Assembly (NCBI GenBank): GCA_044892505.1
Contig: CM097882.1
Span: 100,254,001 to 100,318,000, forward strand
From: Schmidtea nova
Taxonomy: Eukaryota
DNA length: 64,000 bases
Direction: 5' to 3'
Below, piece by piece: positions 12,471 to 25,882 of this stretch. Under the pieces are notes generated by a model. It did not search any database, was not told where the DNA came from, and saw only the letters and a program-made list of their open reading frames with translations. Position numbers and translations under genes: made by a program. How positions within the stretch are numbered: the stretch's first letter is position 1; each line of letters opens with the position of its first letter.

Positions 12471-13733
12471 TCAGCGGTTTGCCTGGTTTGCAATTGAAAC
12501 GACGCGGCCGCCGTTTTTTGCAAACGAAACCGACGTAAAGCCAGTTTCGTGATGTTGGAATATTTTCCAAAGCTGTGTTCGAAATCGTCTGCCACTGGCG
12601 CAATAAATGTAGAAATTTATCGAATGGTTTATGTACATCAGCAGCTCGAAAATCGTGTCCATTAGTTGTCGACTCGCCAGATAGCGGACATCGTCTGTAT
12701 TGCTTATTACTTTCAATACCAACTTGTACGTCACTAACGGAGTTGTCGTACAAAGAAATGCCACAGAAATCGTGACGAGCATCACGGTTAGCTGTTTCGT
12801 TTCGTGATTCATTTGCGAGATATTCGACACAGTTTTATGTCGCTTATGAGATATCGACTGGAATTGACGAGTCGTCAGGCATTGTTTGACGAGAGTTGAA
12901 CGAGTTTTGCTAGCTTTGTATGTTAGACTCAGAATGATTCCGTTGAAGACAATTAAAAGGATAAACGGGATAATGCTGTAGAACAAGGCTTCAAACATCA
13001 TCCAGTATCGAATGAAGCGGTAGTATTTGTCCTTGAAATTACACCTATACAATGGGATAGTGACGAGATTCGGATTTGAGTTGTTTTGGTTATTCAACGA
13101 CACCGTTTCAAAGAAATGACATGAAAGTAAGGAGAGGAAAAAAATCAAAATGACAATGTAAACCTTTACTTTATTCGGACTGACAAGTCGATTGACCTTT
13201 AACGGCAACTTGATTATTATCAACCTCTCCACGGTCATGAACACAATTAACCAGACCGAACTAAAACTCACAGTCACCCCAATAAATTGAAATATCTTAC
13301 ATAAAAACCTATTCGAGTCTTCGATTCGAATGCCAACCAAATGATCGGTCCATCTTCTCAGCAGACCCGTCAACAAAATTAACTCATCAATTATCGCAAT
13401 TGCTGCCAAATAAACATAAGACGAAGTTTTCAAAAGATGTCTTTGACAAATTACAAAAAACGCCAAAATGTTTCCAAAGGTTCCAAACATGAGTATAAAT
13501 GGAGGCAAAAATGTCCAGAGATTGTTCAGAATGACACAGTTCAATAGCTTTGAACCGGGAATCTTTTCCACCAACAGCTGTTCCAGTTTGTTTCGGATTT
13601 CTCTGATGTTCAGATTCTGAGTCTCGTTGTGGAAGGTGTTGACCTGCCATTGCAAGTTCGAATCATTCAATTTCAGTAAATACAAAATCGACTGGGTGTC
13701 AGGGTGCTCGGTTATTTGACAAAAATTTATCAT
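12471..13733 (-). CDS. Intronless class A (rhodopsin-like) GPCR, FMRFamide/peptide-receptor-like, 420 aa
   Basis: Seven hydrophobic segments; TM1 GTFGN, TM3 Cys and MTVERL (DRY-equivalent), TM5 YSIIPF, TM6 AFLCTTTP, TM7 YINHSINFYIYCASGRRFR; intact ORF. Confidence 0.93.
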   Translation of the reverse strand: MINFCQITEHPDTQSILYLLKLNDSNLQWQVNTFHNETQNLNIREIRNKLEQLLVEKIPGSKLLNCVILNNLWTFLPPFILMFGTFGNILAFFVICQRHLLKTSSYVYLAAIAIIDELILLTGLLRRWTDHLVGIRIEDSNRFLCKIFQFIGVTVSFSSVWLIVFMTVERLIIIKLPLKVNRLVSPNKVKVYIVILIFFLSLLSCHFFETVSLNNQNNSNPNLVTIPLYRCNFKDKYYRFIRYWMMFEALFYSIIPFILLIVFNGIILSLTYKASKTRSTLVKQCLTTRQFQSISHKRHKTVSNISQMNHETKQLTVMLVTISVAFLCTTTPLVTYKLVLKVISNTDDVRYLASRQLMDTIFELLMYINHSINFYIYCASGRRFRTQLWKIFQHHETGFTSVSFAKNGGRVVSIANQANR

Positions 13734-13972
13734 TCGACAAATTATGTCGAGTAAATTATTTTGTTTATTGCGATTGATTGAAACAAATCTATCATTTTAA
13801 TTTTGTTTAGAAAGAAAATTGCAGCTTGTTATAATTGGTTAGTTATTCAATTTTGTTGTTTTAATTGTCATTGGTTGAATAGTTATTTATTTTTTAAATG
13901 TAAAAATATAGGTTAAATCGAAATCTTTTAACGGTTTTATTTTTCATAGTGATAAATAAATTATTTGTTTAA

Positions 13973-16900
13973 NNNNNNNNNNNNNNNNNNNNNNNNNNNN
14001 NNNNNNNNNNNNNNNNNNNNNNNNNNNNNNNNNNNNNNNNNNNNNNNNNNNNNNNNNNNNNNNNNNNNNNNNNNNNNNNNNNNNNNNNNNNNNNNNNNNN
14101 NNNNNNNNNNNNNNNNNNNNNNNNNNNNNNNNNNNNNNNNNNNNNNNNNNNNNNNNNNNNTCGCTATGTATTTTTTACTAAACGCTATGTATTTTATAAA
14201 CACTTTCTATGTAGATAAATACACAGTATCAGTAGAGTAAAACACTTCTATGTTAATTAATTAATTCTAGATATTTAATACATTCGCTAAGTAATAAATT
14301 AAAAACTATGTAAAATAAATAAATGCCAAGTCAAGAAAACAAGTTATAAGTAAAATAAAAAAAACGATATGTCAATTAATAAAATCCATCAATAAATCTT
14401 AATTTTTTCTAAGATGTTCTTAGATCTTATTTTTTTCGACAATTATTACAAACTTTCAATAAAGCGGTAGTCTTAGAACTCTAATCATTTTGTTTAAGTC
14501 TTTTTTTTCATGTGATCTGTATTAATTTATTATCCAAGTTTCTGAATAATTATAAGCTTAAATATTTATTTATTATAAACAAAATTAAAACAAATACTGA
14601 ACTTATAATGGCTAATAATTTTGCAGAAGTTGAAGATTATCAGTCTGATCTTGAGTTTGATGTTGAAGTTACAAGTTTAGAGAAACCACGAGCCAAAAAA
14701 GTGTCCAAAGTTTGGACTCATGAAAAAGTATTTAAAAGTGCTGAAGAAGCAAAAAATGCAATTAAAGAAGAGAAGATATGGAGTTACTCTTATTCCAACA
14801 AAACTGAAGATGGTAAAAAATTTTACTATCGATGCAATCAAGTTAAATTTAAAGGAAAGCAATGTGATTCTGCATTACATTTACTTTACGACTCAAGATC
14901 AGACGAAGTTATTTTTTTTAGGGCAGAAGCTGAGCATAAGCATGAAGAAAACATGTCTAAATCTGCAATATCTAACGAAGCTAAAGAACTAATTAAAGAG
15001 TTGTTTAAGCTTAAAATAAAACCTAAGAGAATGTTAGAAATCTTTCATGAACGAGGTATAAAGCCTGTTCCTACTACTATACAATTAAGAAATCAATTAA
15101 ACAAGATTAGAAATGAAGTTTACGGGCCAGCAGTAATAAGTTTAGGTGAGCTTGAAAATTGGCTTCAATCATCATCTTCTATACCAGAGTTAGAAGATGA
15201 AGCCTTTGTAGTCAATTATAAAATAACTTATGCCGATGAATATGAGTGTGAAGAGAGTAATGAAGAAAGCGATGAAGATGAAGAAAACCACGGCTCTAAA
15301 TTTAGATTTTTTATAAGTACAATAAGATTACTTAAGCTAGCCTCAGCATCAACAATTTTAAATGCTGATGCAACTTATAAACTGGTTTGGCAGGGCTATC
15401 CAATTTTAATCATTGGTAATACCGATTTAGATAGGCATTTTCATTCGTTTGGCCTAGGTATATGTACCAATGAAAAAACTGCTGATTTTAATTTTATTTT
15501 TTCAAGTATCAATATTGGCTTGAAAAAAATAAATGCATCATTATTCAATCCTCGTGTATTGATTTCTGATGCTTCTAACGCTATACGTAAAGCTTATTCA
15601 CAAGTTTTTAATAAAAATGAAATTGTGATGTGTTGGGCACATATGCGTAGAAATTGTGTCAAAAAAATCGAGTCTTTAGTAGCTAAAGAAGATCAAAACG
15701 AATTAATTGAAGATGTAGATCAACTTCAATTGTCACAAAGCCAAGTCATTTTTGAAAAAGCAAGTTCTCTATTTGTTAAAAAATGGAGACAAAAAAAAGC
15801 GACTGAGTTTTTAGACTATATGAATATGATGTGGCTTATGACACACAATACTTGGTATGAAGGATACATGCCCTTCACGCCAAGTACTAACAATAATCTA
15901 GAGTCAAATAATCGAGTTCTTAAAGACGAAGAAACTATTAGAGAGCGCACGCCATTATCTAGATTTAACAAACAAGCTTTAGATATTGTTAAAAAGTGGT
16001 CACTAGCATATCCTCGAAGTCTGAAGGAGTTTATTACAAAACAATCAATCGACACAGCATTATGGACACAGTCTTATCAATGGGCTAAAGAAAGCAAAGC
16101 AATTCTTTTGGTGCCCCAAGAACAGTCGACAAACTACTATGTTTCAGCTAGTGACGCAACTATAACTGAAGAAGACATTGACAAAGTTGAAAAAATGCGC
16201 TGGACAACATTTGATCAATTTACGAAGCGAGCTTTTACTGTCTGGTGCATTAATTTACTAAACGATAAAGCCAATTGGGCCGACGGTCAGTGCAATTGTC
16301 CAGAATTTAAAAAAAATTTATTTGCAAGCATGTTGTCGGCATTTCAATCAGACTTAAATATTGCAAAGTACCGGCAGTAGCTAAGAATACTTCTATTGGA
16401 AGTAAACTACCAAGAGGAAGACCAACTAAAGCTAAAAAAGTCTTATTAAAACAATAATTTCAAATATTTTTATAATAGTCTTTGTGAAATAGTCTTTGTA
16501 TTTTTATGGATTTTTTTATTGTGTCACTTTTTGTTTATTCTTATGAATTTTTCATTGTTTTACTTAGTTTTTGTATTTTTTTACTTATAAAAATTAAAAA
16601 TGTTACCTATAATAAAATAATTAAATACCTAATGAATTCTATTTTTTTACTTATATAATTAATATAATACTTAGCATTTTATAAATATTTACTTAGAAAA
16701 AATACATAAAGGCACTAATAAAATACATAGCGTTTAGTAAAAAATACATANNNNNNNNNNNNNNNNNNNNNNNNNNNNNNNNNNNNNNNNNNNNNNNNNN
16801 NNNNNNNNNNNNNNNNNNNNNNNNNNNNNNNNNNNNNNNNNNNNNNNNNNNNNNNNNNNNNNNNNNNNNNNNNNNNNNNNNNNNNNNNNNNNNNNNNNNN

Positions 16901-17190
16901 NNNNNNNNNNNNNNNNNNNNNNNNNNNNNNNNNNNNNNNNNNNNNNNNNNNNNNNNNNNNNNNNNNNNNNNNNNNNNNNNNNNNNNNNNNNNNNNNNNNN
17001 NNNNNNNNNNNNNNNNNNNNNNNNNNNNNNNNNNNNNNNNNNNNNNNNNNNNNNNNNNNNNNNNNNNNNNNNNNNNNNNNNNNNNNNNNNNNNNNNNNNN
17101 NNNNNNNNNNNNNNNNNNNNNNNNNNNNNNNNNNNNNNNNNNNNNNNNNTATACTTTTGCAAAGTATTTCGAAAGCTCGGCAGTTTTTTT
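13973..17190 (+). mobile_element. Mutator/MULE DNA transposon with long, partly masked terminal inverted repeats
   Basis: Inverted subterminal sequence TATGTATTTTTTACTAAACGCTATGTATTTT (about 14165) and AAAATACATAGCGTTTAGTAAAAAATACATA (about 16720) next to N tracts on both sides of a transposase ORF. Exact ends are hidden. Confidence 0.75.
14608..16457 (+). CDS. MULE transposase with C-terminal SWIM finger (one-base frameshift near 16310)
   Basis: MULE motifs LNADATYK, LISDAS, CWAH, STNNNLES; QCNCPEF continues as FICKHVVG...RGRPTKAKK in the adjacent frame after an A8 run; likely ATG at 14608. Confidence 0.88.
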
Positions 17191-17808
17191 CAAACAATAA
17201 ACAAATACAGTAAAATAAAAGTTGATTCATTTTACACGCTTAATATTGATTCTATAATTACATGTGCACAATCCAATAAAACAATCTTGATAAAATTAGT
17301 TACAAACTCTCAAAAAGCATGTAGATATGGCATTTTGCATGTTCATTATAGGATAAAATTATTTTATTATCAAGGCCTCAAAGTTCACATGTTCATAATA
17401 GATTTTGAAACACCTAGACAATATTTTAAAATTGGAAATATTAGTTCTATTTTTTGAATGACTTATTATGGTCAATAATATTACTGTTTCACTGTTTTTG
17501 GTATAGAGAGATTACAGGAAATTTATCCAATGCGTGAGGCCTTGCATCCACTACAAGTAAAACGATATACGAGATCATGATACAGACCAAGATTTATTTT
17601 TGAGCATGTTCCGAACTTAACAAGACTTAGAAATTATTTTAACATTATTACACTTAGCCCTCGATTTTCCAGGTTTCGGTTTAATGCGATTGGATAAATG
17701 CGGAAAATTCCATTTATATTACTCTAGTTTTCAGTTTAATAAGATCAGAAAAATAAAGAAATTTGTAATATGTATTCTTTTACTTTAGATTCAACACACA
17801 TATTTTTT

Positions 17809-17850
<42 letters not shown>

Positions 17851-18059
17851 ATTACTAATTGTACGGTTTCGATTGACACGGCATTTTTGAGGAACCAATC
17901 TACCGTGTAAATCGAGGGCTAAATATTTTTAAAATAAATTTTCTAAAATTTATAAAACCCTAAGAAAACGGTAAAACTATAACATAACCAATGCTGTCCT
18001 TCAAATTATTTTTATTTATTTCATTATTATTATTATTACCATCAACACCATCATTCATT

Positions 18060-18620
18060 CCCATCACGCTAATCTGTTTGAATCAAAGGAACACTATCAA
18101 GGAATACAAGCAGATCAACACCAGGTGATAAAAGTTTATCAATTGCATATACTTTGTTGATACATCAAGCAACAGTTTCACGCGCCATTCTTTGCACCAA
18201 AGATTTTTAATATCCGTTATTGGTTCAGTTACAGTTTCACCGTGTTCTGAAGGTTTTGTAAATTTTATGAAATCTGTTTTAAAAAATGTTGGGAATACTA
18301 ATGTTAAAATAATTTCTAAGTCTTGCCAAATTCGGGACATGTTCAGTAATAAATCTGTGACGTCATTTGGTCTGTGTTCTTATCTCGTATATCGTTTTAC
18401 TTGTAATGGGTGTAATGCCACATACATTGAAGATTCTGCCCGTCATCTCAGTACACTAGTACAAGAGCGAAAACAGTAATATTATTGAGCTTAATAAGAC
18501 ATTCAAGTATAGCATTGACATTTTATATTTTAAAATATTTTCTAAAGGTTTTAAAAGCTATTATAAACGTTTGAATTGTAAAGCTTTGATGATAAAATCA
18601 TTTAATCGTAAAATAAACAT
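18060..18620 (+). pseudogene. Penelope-like element relic (RT C-terminus and GIY-YIG endonuclease)
   Basis: ORF 18192-18479 reads LVYRFTCNGCNATYIEDSARHLSTLVQE, matching the VYxFxCxxCxxxYIGxTxRxLxxRxxEH pattern of Penelope-type GIY-YIG. Confidence 0.7.
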
Positions 18621-19048
18621 ACAAAATGCATTTAAAAAATTTTTAATTAATTTTGCTATAAATAATAAGATTTTATTTGATTTTGCACATGCGATTATGT
18701 AATCACTAATAAATGCATAAATAGAATAAATCTTTATTTTATTGAATTTATTTATTTATTGCCTAAAAATGACAGCTGAACTGCCAAATATATATTACAA
18801 AAAAAAATATTTTAGAAAGTGGTGATCTTTTAGTAATTTGAATAANNNNNNNNNNNNNNNNNNNNNNNNNNNNNNNNNNNNNNNNNNNNNNNNNNNNNNN
18901 NNNNNNNNNNNNNNNNNNNNNNNNNNNNNNNNNNNNNNNNNNNNNNNNNNNNNNNNNNNNNNNNNNNNNNNNNNNNNNNNNNNNNTTTTCCATTAATATT
19001 TTGATTTTATAATAATAACAATAATTATTATCATTATCATCTTGTTGT

Positions 19049-19233
19049 TTCACCTTTGATCTTTTTTTATTATTAATATCAATAATTTTCATAATGGATG
19101 ACTATAGATCAAAATTTCTTTAAATAAGTACACAATATTTCGGCACAGACTGTATCAAGTGTGTATTTGATAAAGCTGTGCCGAAATATTGTGTACTTAT
19201 TTAAAGAAATTTTGATCTATAGTCATCCATTAT
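19049..19233 (+). repeat. Foldback palindromic element, family A (copy 2)
   Basis: Same tail and arms as 8190; loop GTGTGTAT is the reverse complement of the copy 1 loop. Confidence 0.85.
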
Positions 19234-21454
19234 NNNNNNNNNNNNNNNNNNNNNNNNNNNNNNNNNNNNNNNNNNNNNNNNNNNNNNNNNNNNNNNNNNN
19301 NNNNNNNNNNNNNNNNNNNNNNNNNNNNNNNNNNNNNNNNNNNNNNNNNNNNNNNNNNNNNNNNNNNNNNNNNNNNNNNNNNNNNNNNNNNNNNNNNNNN
19401 NNNNNNNNNNNNNNNAATATAATCTTGGGAATATTATTTTCTATTAATATGAAAGTTGATTTTATTTATAGAAAAAGTAAATTTACAAAATAAAATTAAT
19501 ATATTTTCAAATGATGAAATGGGATTTAATTTACATTATCTATGACTGATGATTTGCTAGTAAAACATTTTGATAGATCCTTGAAGGTAGCAAAATTTAA
19601 AAAATCATAATAATTACAGCTAAGATGCAAATAAGCCTTTCAATGAGGACAAAGTCGAGAGAGAGAAATAAATTCATTTGGAAAATATTAAGCTTATTAA
19701 AATATATTTTAACTAATCCGGTTAATTTCCTTTTTGAAATTATTTGATCTGTAATAATAAGTTTTCAAGGTAAAAGAAAATCTTCATTTTTATTTTGAAT
19801 GAAATTTCTTGGCGGAAATGAAATAATTGAATTGTCTGGCTAGAAGAAATTTTTAGAATTTGCTGAAAGTCAATTTAAAAGCTTTCAGAACAAATTGTAA
19901 TGTTGGAGATGCATTCGGAAAAAAGGTTGGTCCCACCATAATTTGTATCCGTTTGACATTATATAACTTTATAAAATATTATTATTAATAAAACAATCAT
20001 TTGTCTTAAAATGCTAGATTTACGATAGACAACATTAAGGAAACGGCCCGTTACTGAATCAGGTTCTTCATTTGGCTTCTTTTTAGGCTTTACTCGACCT
20101 TAACCTTCCTTTGACGCAATTCAGCATATTTATTTACATCAAAAGCAGCCGTTGCAATCTCAAGTTTATCTCCCTGAAGACATATTTAATGTTTCTCTCT
20201 CTGATCTTGGTTAAAAGTCATTTATTTAAATGGATAAATGGTGTAAGGGTTTTCTTATCGTGAATCATTTCATGCAACATCTTAAAAGCACTGCTAAAAT
20301 TATTCTTTTACAAATTAAAAAATGTTTTGTTAAAAGAAATTTTTTTGATTAAATTCATTGTTTAATATTTTTTGCTTTTCCATTTTCACTTGAGTCCATC
20401 AGCACTAACCTTTACCATGGAAATCCTACAGTGCCAACGGTGGATAATGAAACCTTATCAGCGTAGTTTGACCATTGAGCTTAATAACTTGAATTTAATT
20501 TTTTTTGTTATTAATAAGATAAATAATATTCAATTGGATTAATTTTTTAAAAAAATAATTAGGATCAGAGGGGAAAATTTTAATTTTATTAAAATTATTT
20601 TTTTTAATTTTTTAATATTTTAAAAAATTATTTTAAAAAGAAATATCTTCATAGACCTCAAAATATATCATAATTTGTTTTAAATTGAATCCATATGTGA
20701 TTAAATTTTGCACAACATTAATCGGGGCCAAATATCTGCGGATGTTAAAACACAGATGGATTGCTTCCGAAATTTCCATTTTCTGAAAACAACTTTACCT
20801 TGTTTTTTTTGCACCACTCGGATGAATGATAGGAAATGCGGCAAAATTAAAGAGAAAGACGTCTTTAAATAAGAAAACAAAAAATGTGATAAACATAAGA
20901 CGACAAGATGTATTAGAAGCGAAAGTGCTTTTAATAGCATTTCCATTACGGAGAGAGCAGTAAAACTTTTTTGGAAACTCTCAAGAAATTCACTGCATCA
21001 TTGTTACTAATGATTTGTTGTTCAAATTCATTAAATACGTTTCGCTTAACATTGAAAGGGTTGTGTAAAAGGTATTTATGAGGATTTTTATCTTATGCAC
21101 AGAGGAGAAGGAAGGCTAGTAAATTGTAATGAGTCTATTTAGACATGATTCTAAATCACATCGAGGCAGGCCTACCACACAAGGATTTCGGTTTCTAGGG
21201 ATTCCCAATACTAGTTTCGTCCCTTGAAAATGTGTTATGGTTTTGGTTGAGAATAGGTCGGTTGAGACTCTTTCATCAATTATTCACAATTATTAAAACG
21301 AGGGTTCAACAGCATATACTGATTGCTGAGCAGTAACAATATAAGATCATTGAGAATAAGCCACAAAGCTCCATTAAATAGTTAAAACTTTGCAGATCTT
21401 TGCACAGCGTTCATATCCAATATATATTATCATAATTATCTTTTTGTTTTTGTT

Positions 21455-21660
21455 TCACCTTTGATCTTTTTTTATATTAATATCATTAATTTCCACAATG
21501 GATGACTATAAATCAAAGTTTCTTTAAATAAGTACACAATATTTTGACACAGCCTTTATCAAGTGTGTACAAATACACACATGATAAAGGCTGTGCCGAA
21601 ATATTGTATGCTTTTTTAAAGAAATTTTGATCTATAGTCTTACCATTATAGGAATTATTA
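21455..21660 (+). repeat. Foldback palindromic element, family A (copy 3)
   Basis: TTCACCTTTGATC tail, GACTATA arm and mirrored arm with a longer loop. Confidence 0.8.
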
Positions 21661-21984
21661 ATAGGAATTATATATATTAATATATATAAACAGAATGACA
21701 AAAACAAAAATATCGGCAAAAAAATAAAGAAATTAGTGAGAAAGTTTTTGAAGAATATTTATCCACTTTTATGTGATGGGATAATTTTGTAAGACAAATT
21801 TTCAAGAATTCACTAATTTAATTAATAATAGTAAATTATTAATATTTATTATTTGTTCATTAATAAATAATACTTAAAATTTATTTGTAAGTTATTAAAT
21901 TTATTTATCTGATGATTTAATCGATCGGAAAAGGGATTTTATTTCTGTTAATTTCTCTGGTCCAAAAACAACACCTTCTACAGA

Positions 21985-22681
21985 CAGGGCTGGCTCAGAG
22001 GTCGGGACTTCGGGGATTTTTTCCGTGTCCCCGCGCTTTCTTATTCTAACAATTATTAGTAGCTAAGCAAATTTTTGACACCGAATGCAACGTTTTTTAC
22101 AAGTCGGATGTTAAAGAGGTCTTACCTTACAGTTTTAATATCGATGATCCGTAAAATCTATAATACTCACTTTTTTCACATTTTAGTCAGCAAAAATAAG
22201 GGTGCGTATTATACGCGTATACAAAAAAAGTAACTTTAAACATTGAATAATTGAATTTAACTATTGAATTTTCAGTTATAAAAAGGGATATTTTTTAACA
22301 GAATAAAGTGGACAAACAAGATCTATAAAAAAACAATGTATTGTAATAGCATTTTCAATTTATAAAGAACTGTAGCCATGGTAACTATAGGCACAGAAAG
22401 TAATGAAGACTTTAAATAACAGATGGCTTCAGATCAAAGCGTGGCGTCTACAAAGGTGCAGGGAATTTTCAATAAATTAACAAACCAAATTATAAATGAA
22501 AGTTTTTTGCCGTTATTGCAACTTTTATGTTTATGTACGTATATTATTGTATATATTGAAGAAATAAATATTTCATTATATGAATTGATAAAATTATGTT
22601 CATGTATCATTTCTTCTTTTTTGGAAAGGGACCCGCAAATAATATTTTCTCGAGGCCCTGCAAAACTTACAGCCGGCCCTG
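21985..22681. mobile_element. Non-autonomous hAT-type element
   Basis: TIR CAGGGCTGGC / GCCGGCCCTG; flanks TCTACAGA / GGTACAAA resemble a decayed 8-bp TSD. Confidence 0.55.
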
Positions 22682-23589
22682 GGTACAAATCCGATGGGAC
22701 AGGTAAAGCTTCTATAAAGGAAATTTGACAAAATTCAATTTCTTTATCGAAATATTTGGCAACTATTTGAAGTGTCTGAACCCCTTCTCTCATTGTAAAT
22801 TAAATTTCAAAAATAATCCATCAAAACTGATTATTTAATCAGAACAATTCAAAAAGTATTTTAAAAAAATATTTCTTTGTATCCAAGAAAACGTCTAGTA
22901 AAACAAAACCATTGTTTTGAATTATTGAATGGTCAGTAATATTCGAAAAAATGAAATCATATCGACCACCTGCTGAAATGTCTACCAAATATTTTGCCAT
23001 AATTGTCTCTCAATTTTGGTTTTATTTTTAGTTTTCCAAGTTTTGTAAATTTTATTAATATTAATTACAATTATGTCAATTACAATGAAATTGCAATTAT
23101 CAATTTCGGAGGTTGCAAAAATTTAGTCAAAATCAAGATTTATTTCAATAAACAAATTTAGACGTAAAATAATAATTTTTTGGTAGGAACATTAATTAAG
23201 TATTAAATAATTAATAAATAACAAAATAAACCTTTGCTGCCAATTTTTATTAAGTGAAAATTTTTGATAAGATTATCGATAATCGGATCACAGTAGGTTA
23301 TTTTTTCGCTTACTACCAATAATATTATTATTACGTGAATGTAGTTAAAAAATAGAATTTTTGGAATACTTAAATTAGTTCAAGAGTTCTTTATGGTGAT
23401 TAAAAAACTTTGTGTATTTTGAAATTTATGCCATATATTAAGTACGTGACGCGGTTATTGGAGTGATAATAATAGCTTTCCCTCGAATCATGACAGTTTT
23501 TGTCATTGATATAGATATAGTTGTAGAATTTTATACTCACTAAACAGTACTGATCACATGGTTTGTCATTGAAATTCGGTATCGAATTC

Positions 23590-23890
23590 TGCTATATTCA
23601 ATTGGTATCAACATTGAAGATGGGTTTTAAATCCATAGGGCGGATAATAAAATCCTATCGGATCAAACACATGCATTTCATCGGGTTTTACATAAACTGC
23701 AATCCAATATTCGCCAATAAAATTTGATGATTGACTGTTGACAATCAAAGGTTTGTTCACATCAATATACGGGATTTTATCTAACAAGAAAACACAAAAA
23801 TTCGGAGTGCAATAATTTTCTAGCAATATTTTTATTCTGAATAGAACTATTAAAAATAACAATTTTAATTAAATTAAAATCTTACTTCAT
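23590..23890 (-). pseudogene. Old Polinton relic: adenain-like protease
   Basis: LLDKIPY..IVNSQSSNFIGEYWIAVYVKPDEMHVFDPIGFYYP aligns with the protease at 35583-35960 and has the same 49-nt intron (23837-23885). Confidence 0.85.
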
Positions 23891-23954
23891 CTGATATTAA
23901 ATTATCATCAAATTAGTGTAAAATCAAACCAATAATGATTAAAAGAATAACCAA

Positions 23955-24380
23955 ATTGTGCAATTAGCTGAAATTTGCAGTTTTTCAAAAGCTCTGTACA
24001 ATTACAGAAACTAATTCAGCCAGTAGTGTTCCAAACTTAATATCATGTCTTAGATCGCCCTTCTGATGTAATTCACTTTGATTAGGATAAAAAAATAATA
24101 ACAAAACAAAGGTTAAAAGGGATATTTACTTTTCTAATCGAATAATGTAATACTAAAATTAATACTCTAGTCCTAATATCCAAGATTACGGATAATTGAT
24201 TGCATATAACTAATACTGCAATTATCTTTTTCAAAATCTTCAGAGTGTTTTTCAAGATAATCGCTTCCTTTCAATTAACTTAATGATTTGACATTGAAGT
24301 GATCGTAAATACAATAACAATCTGTAATAAAACCATCTTGTCTTTTATTTCCTTGAAATAAAATAATAACAATTTTTTTG
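23955..24380 (-). pseudogene. Old Polinton relic: C-terminal part of the major capsid gene
   Basis: NQSELHQKGDLRHDIKFG matches NQSQIPQNGNLRLDIKFA of the intact capsid; nucleotide similarity continues to the DFE(N/K)DN region near 24230. Confidence 0.75.
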
Positions 24381-24599
24381 TGTATCTTTATTTGAATTAT
24401 TTACCCATCGACTTCTTTTTTTATAAACCTATCGAATTCTTTTGAGTTTGTCTAAATTTTTTTAATTATTTTTAAAATTTTTCTTTTGCTTAATATATCC
24501 TTCGTTTTTGATAATATTTACTTCATTGTTACAACAAGATGTTGATATAGCTAAGTCTAAATTATGTTTATCTAGTATTGAAATTTTAGCGCCCATTTA

Positions 24600-24923
24600 T
24601 AAATTTAACGATGAAATTGCACTTTTAGCTGATAATGCTATTGGAAAAACCATCATTTTGTTTATAAATATTTTTTTTCACATATCATTGCGCTTTTTAG
24701 TGTTCAATAATGATAAAAGAGTTTTTTCTTGTAGTACAAGTCTTGACTTTACTAATATTTACTTGTCACAAATTACATTGTCAATAATTTTAAGCAAGTG
24801 ATCATTAACAAATAGGGGAAAGGCCTGTAGAATTGTCCTACTTTTATTAGTTGGGGTCTTTATCAAAGCAATAAAATATAGTAAACTGCGTTCAATTTTC
24901 ATTATTATCGACTTTTTTAATTT
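24600..24923 (-). pseudogene. Old Polinton relic: basic pX-like core protein, C-terminal part (N-terminal part at 44914-45080)
   Basis: RSLLYFIALIKTPTNKSRTILQAFPLFVNDHLLKII matches RSFPFFNALLKAPSARRMGILQSFPNYVIDDLLTIL; YKQNDGF matches YKQQGGF. Confidence 0.75.
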
Positions 24924-25882
24924 TGTTAAGGATACCTAAATAACAATTTACTAATAAATAAATAAAATTACCTGGGTGAAAATCGTCATGACGAATGAGA
25001 TGGCTAATGGGAACTCAGAAAAGAAAACGGAAATAAAAAGAAATGAAAAATGAGAAAGAAGAAGCAGACAAAAGGAAGCAGACAAGGAAACAAAAACAAA
25101 GGTCAACACTAATTAATTAGTACATAGGGAAAAGGAATTTCAAATCGGGAAAAAGAAAAATAATAACAGTATGCTTATCTCGACAGCTTGTCAGAGATAA
25201 CGGGAACAAAAACAAAACAGGCCGGAGCGGCAAAAAGTAAATACAAAGTAGCCGAGTTGCTAAAGGCAGCATGGGAGTTCTAAAGAAGTATGGGAAATTT
25301 CAGAAGCAGAAATGAAAAAAAAGCAAGTGGTCACGAGTGCCGAACTGTCCGGCGTAACATGGGAGTTGCGGGAGACAAACGAACGATGACAAACTATAAA
25401 AGGCGAAAGCAATCGGAACTGAATCAGAAGTAAAATTAGAGAAGAAAAATAGAAGTAGATTCGAAGAAGCAAATCGGAGAATCGGAGAAATAAAATTGAA
25501 GAAGTGAATTTGACAAAGAAACTAGTGAATTCGAGTGTAATTGATTAAAGGCGAGTGCGTTGAATTGGAAAACGATAAAAGATTAAATTGTGTGTGGAAA
25601 ACCGAGAGCGAAATAAACTAATTGAACAGAACAAAACATTTTGATTGAATAAAGAGTCGGAGCGGTTAACAAAGAATAAAGTCAAAGCGCGGAAACAATC
25701 GAAACCAAGTACCAGTATTAAATCAAATCAGTGGTTAGTAGTTGTTGTTTTCTAGGCAATATAAAAGTGAGCTATTCTTCACGAAGTGTCGTAATAAGCT
25801 CGTATAATTGTCAAAAGAGTTTATTGAATTGGTTGTGAAAATTAAATCGTGTAAATCAGTCTAATAATCAATAAAGTTTGTG

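Noticed and set aside
20040-21420. GC-richer coding-like fragments
   Set aside because: Short, interrupted and not assignable to a family by eye.
24660-24690. MICEK resembling the capsid start MICGK
   Set aside because: The region aligns much better and at length with the pX-like gene; coincidence.
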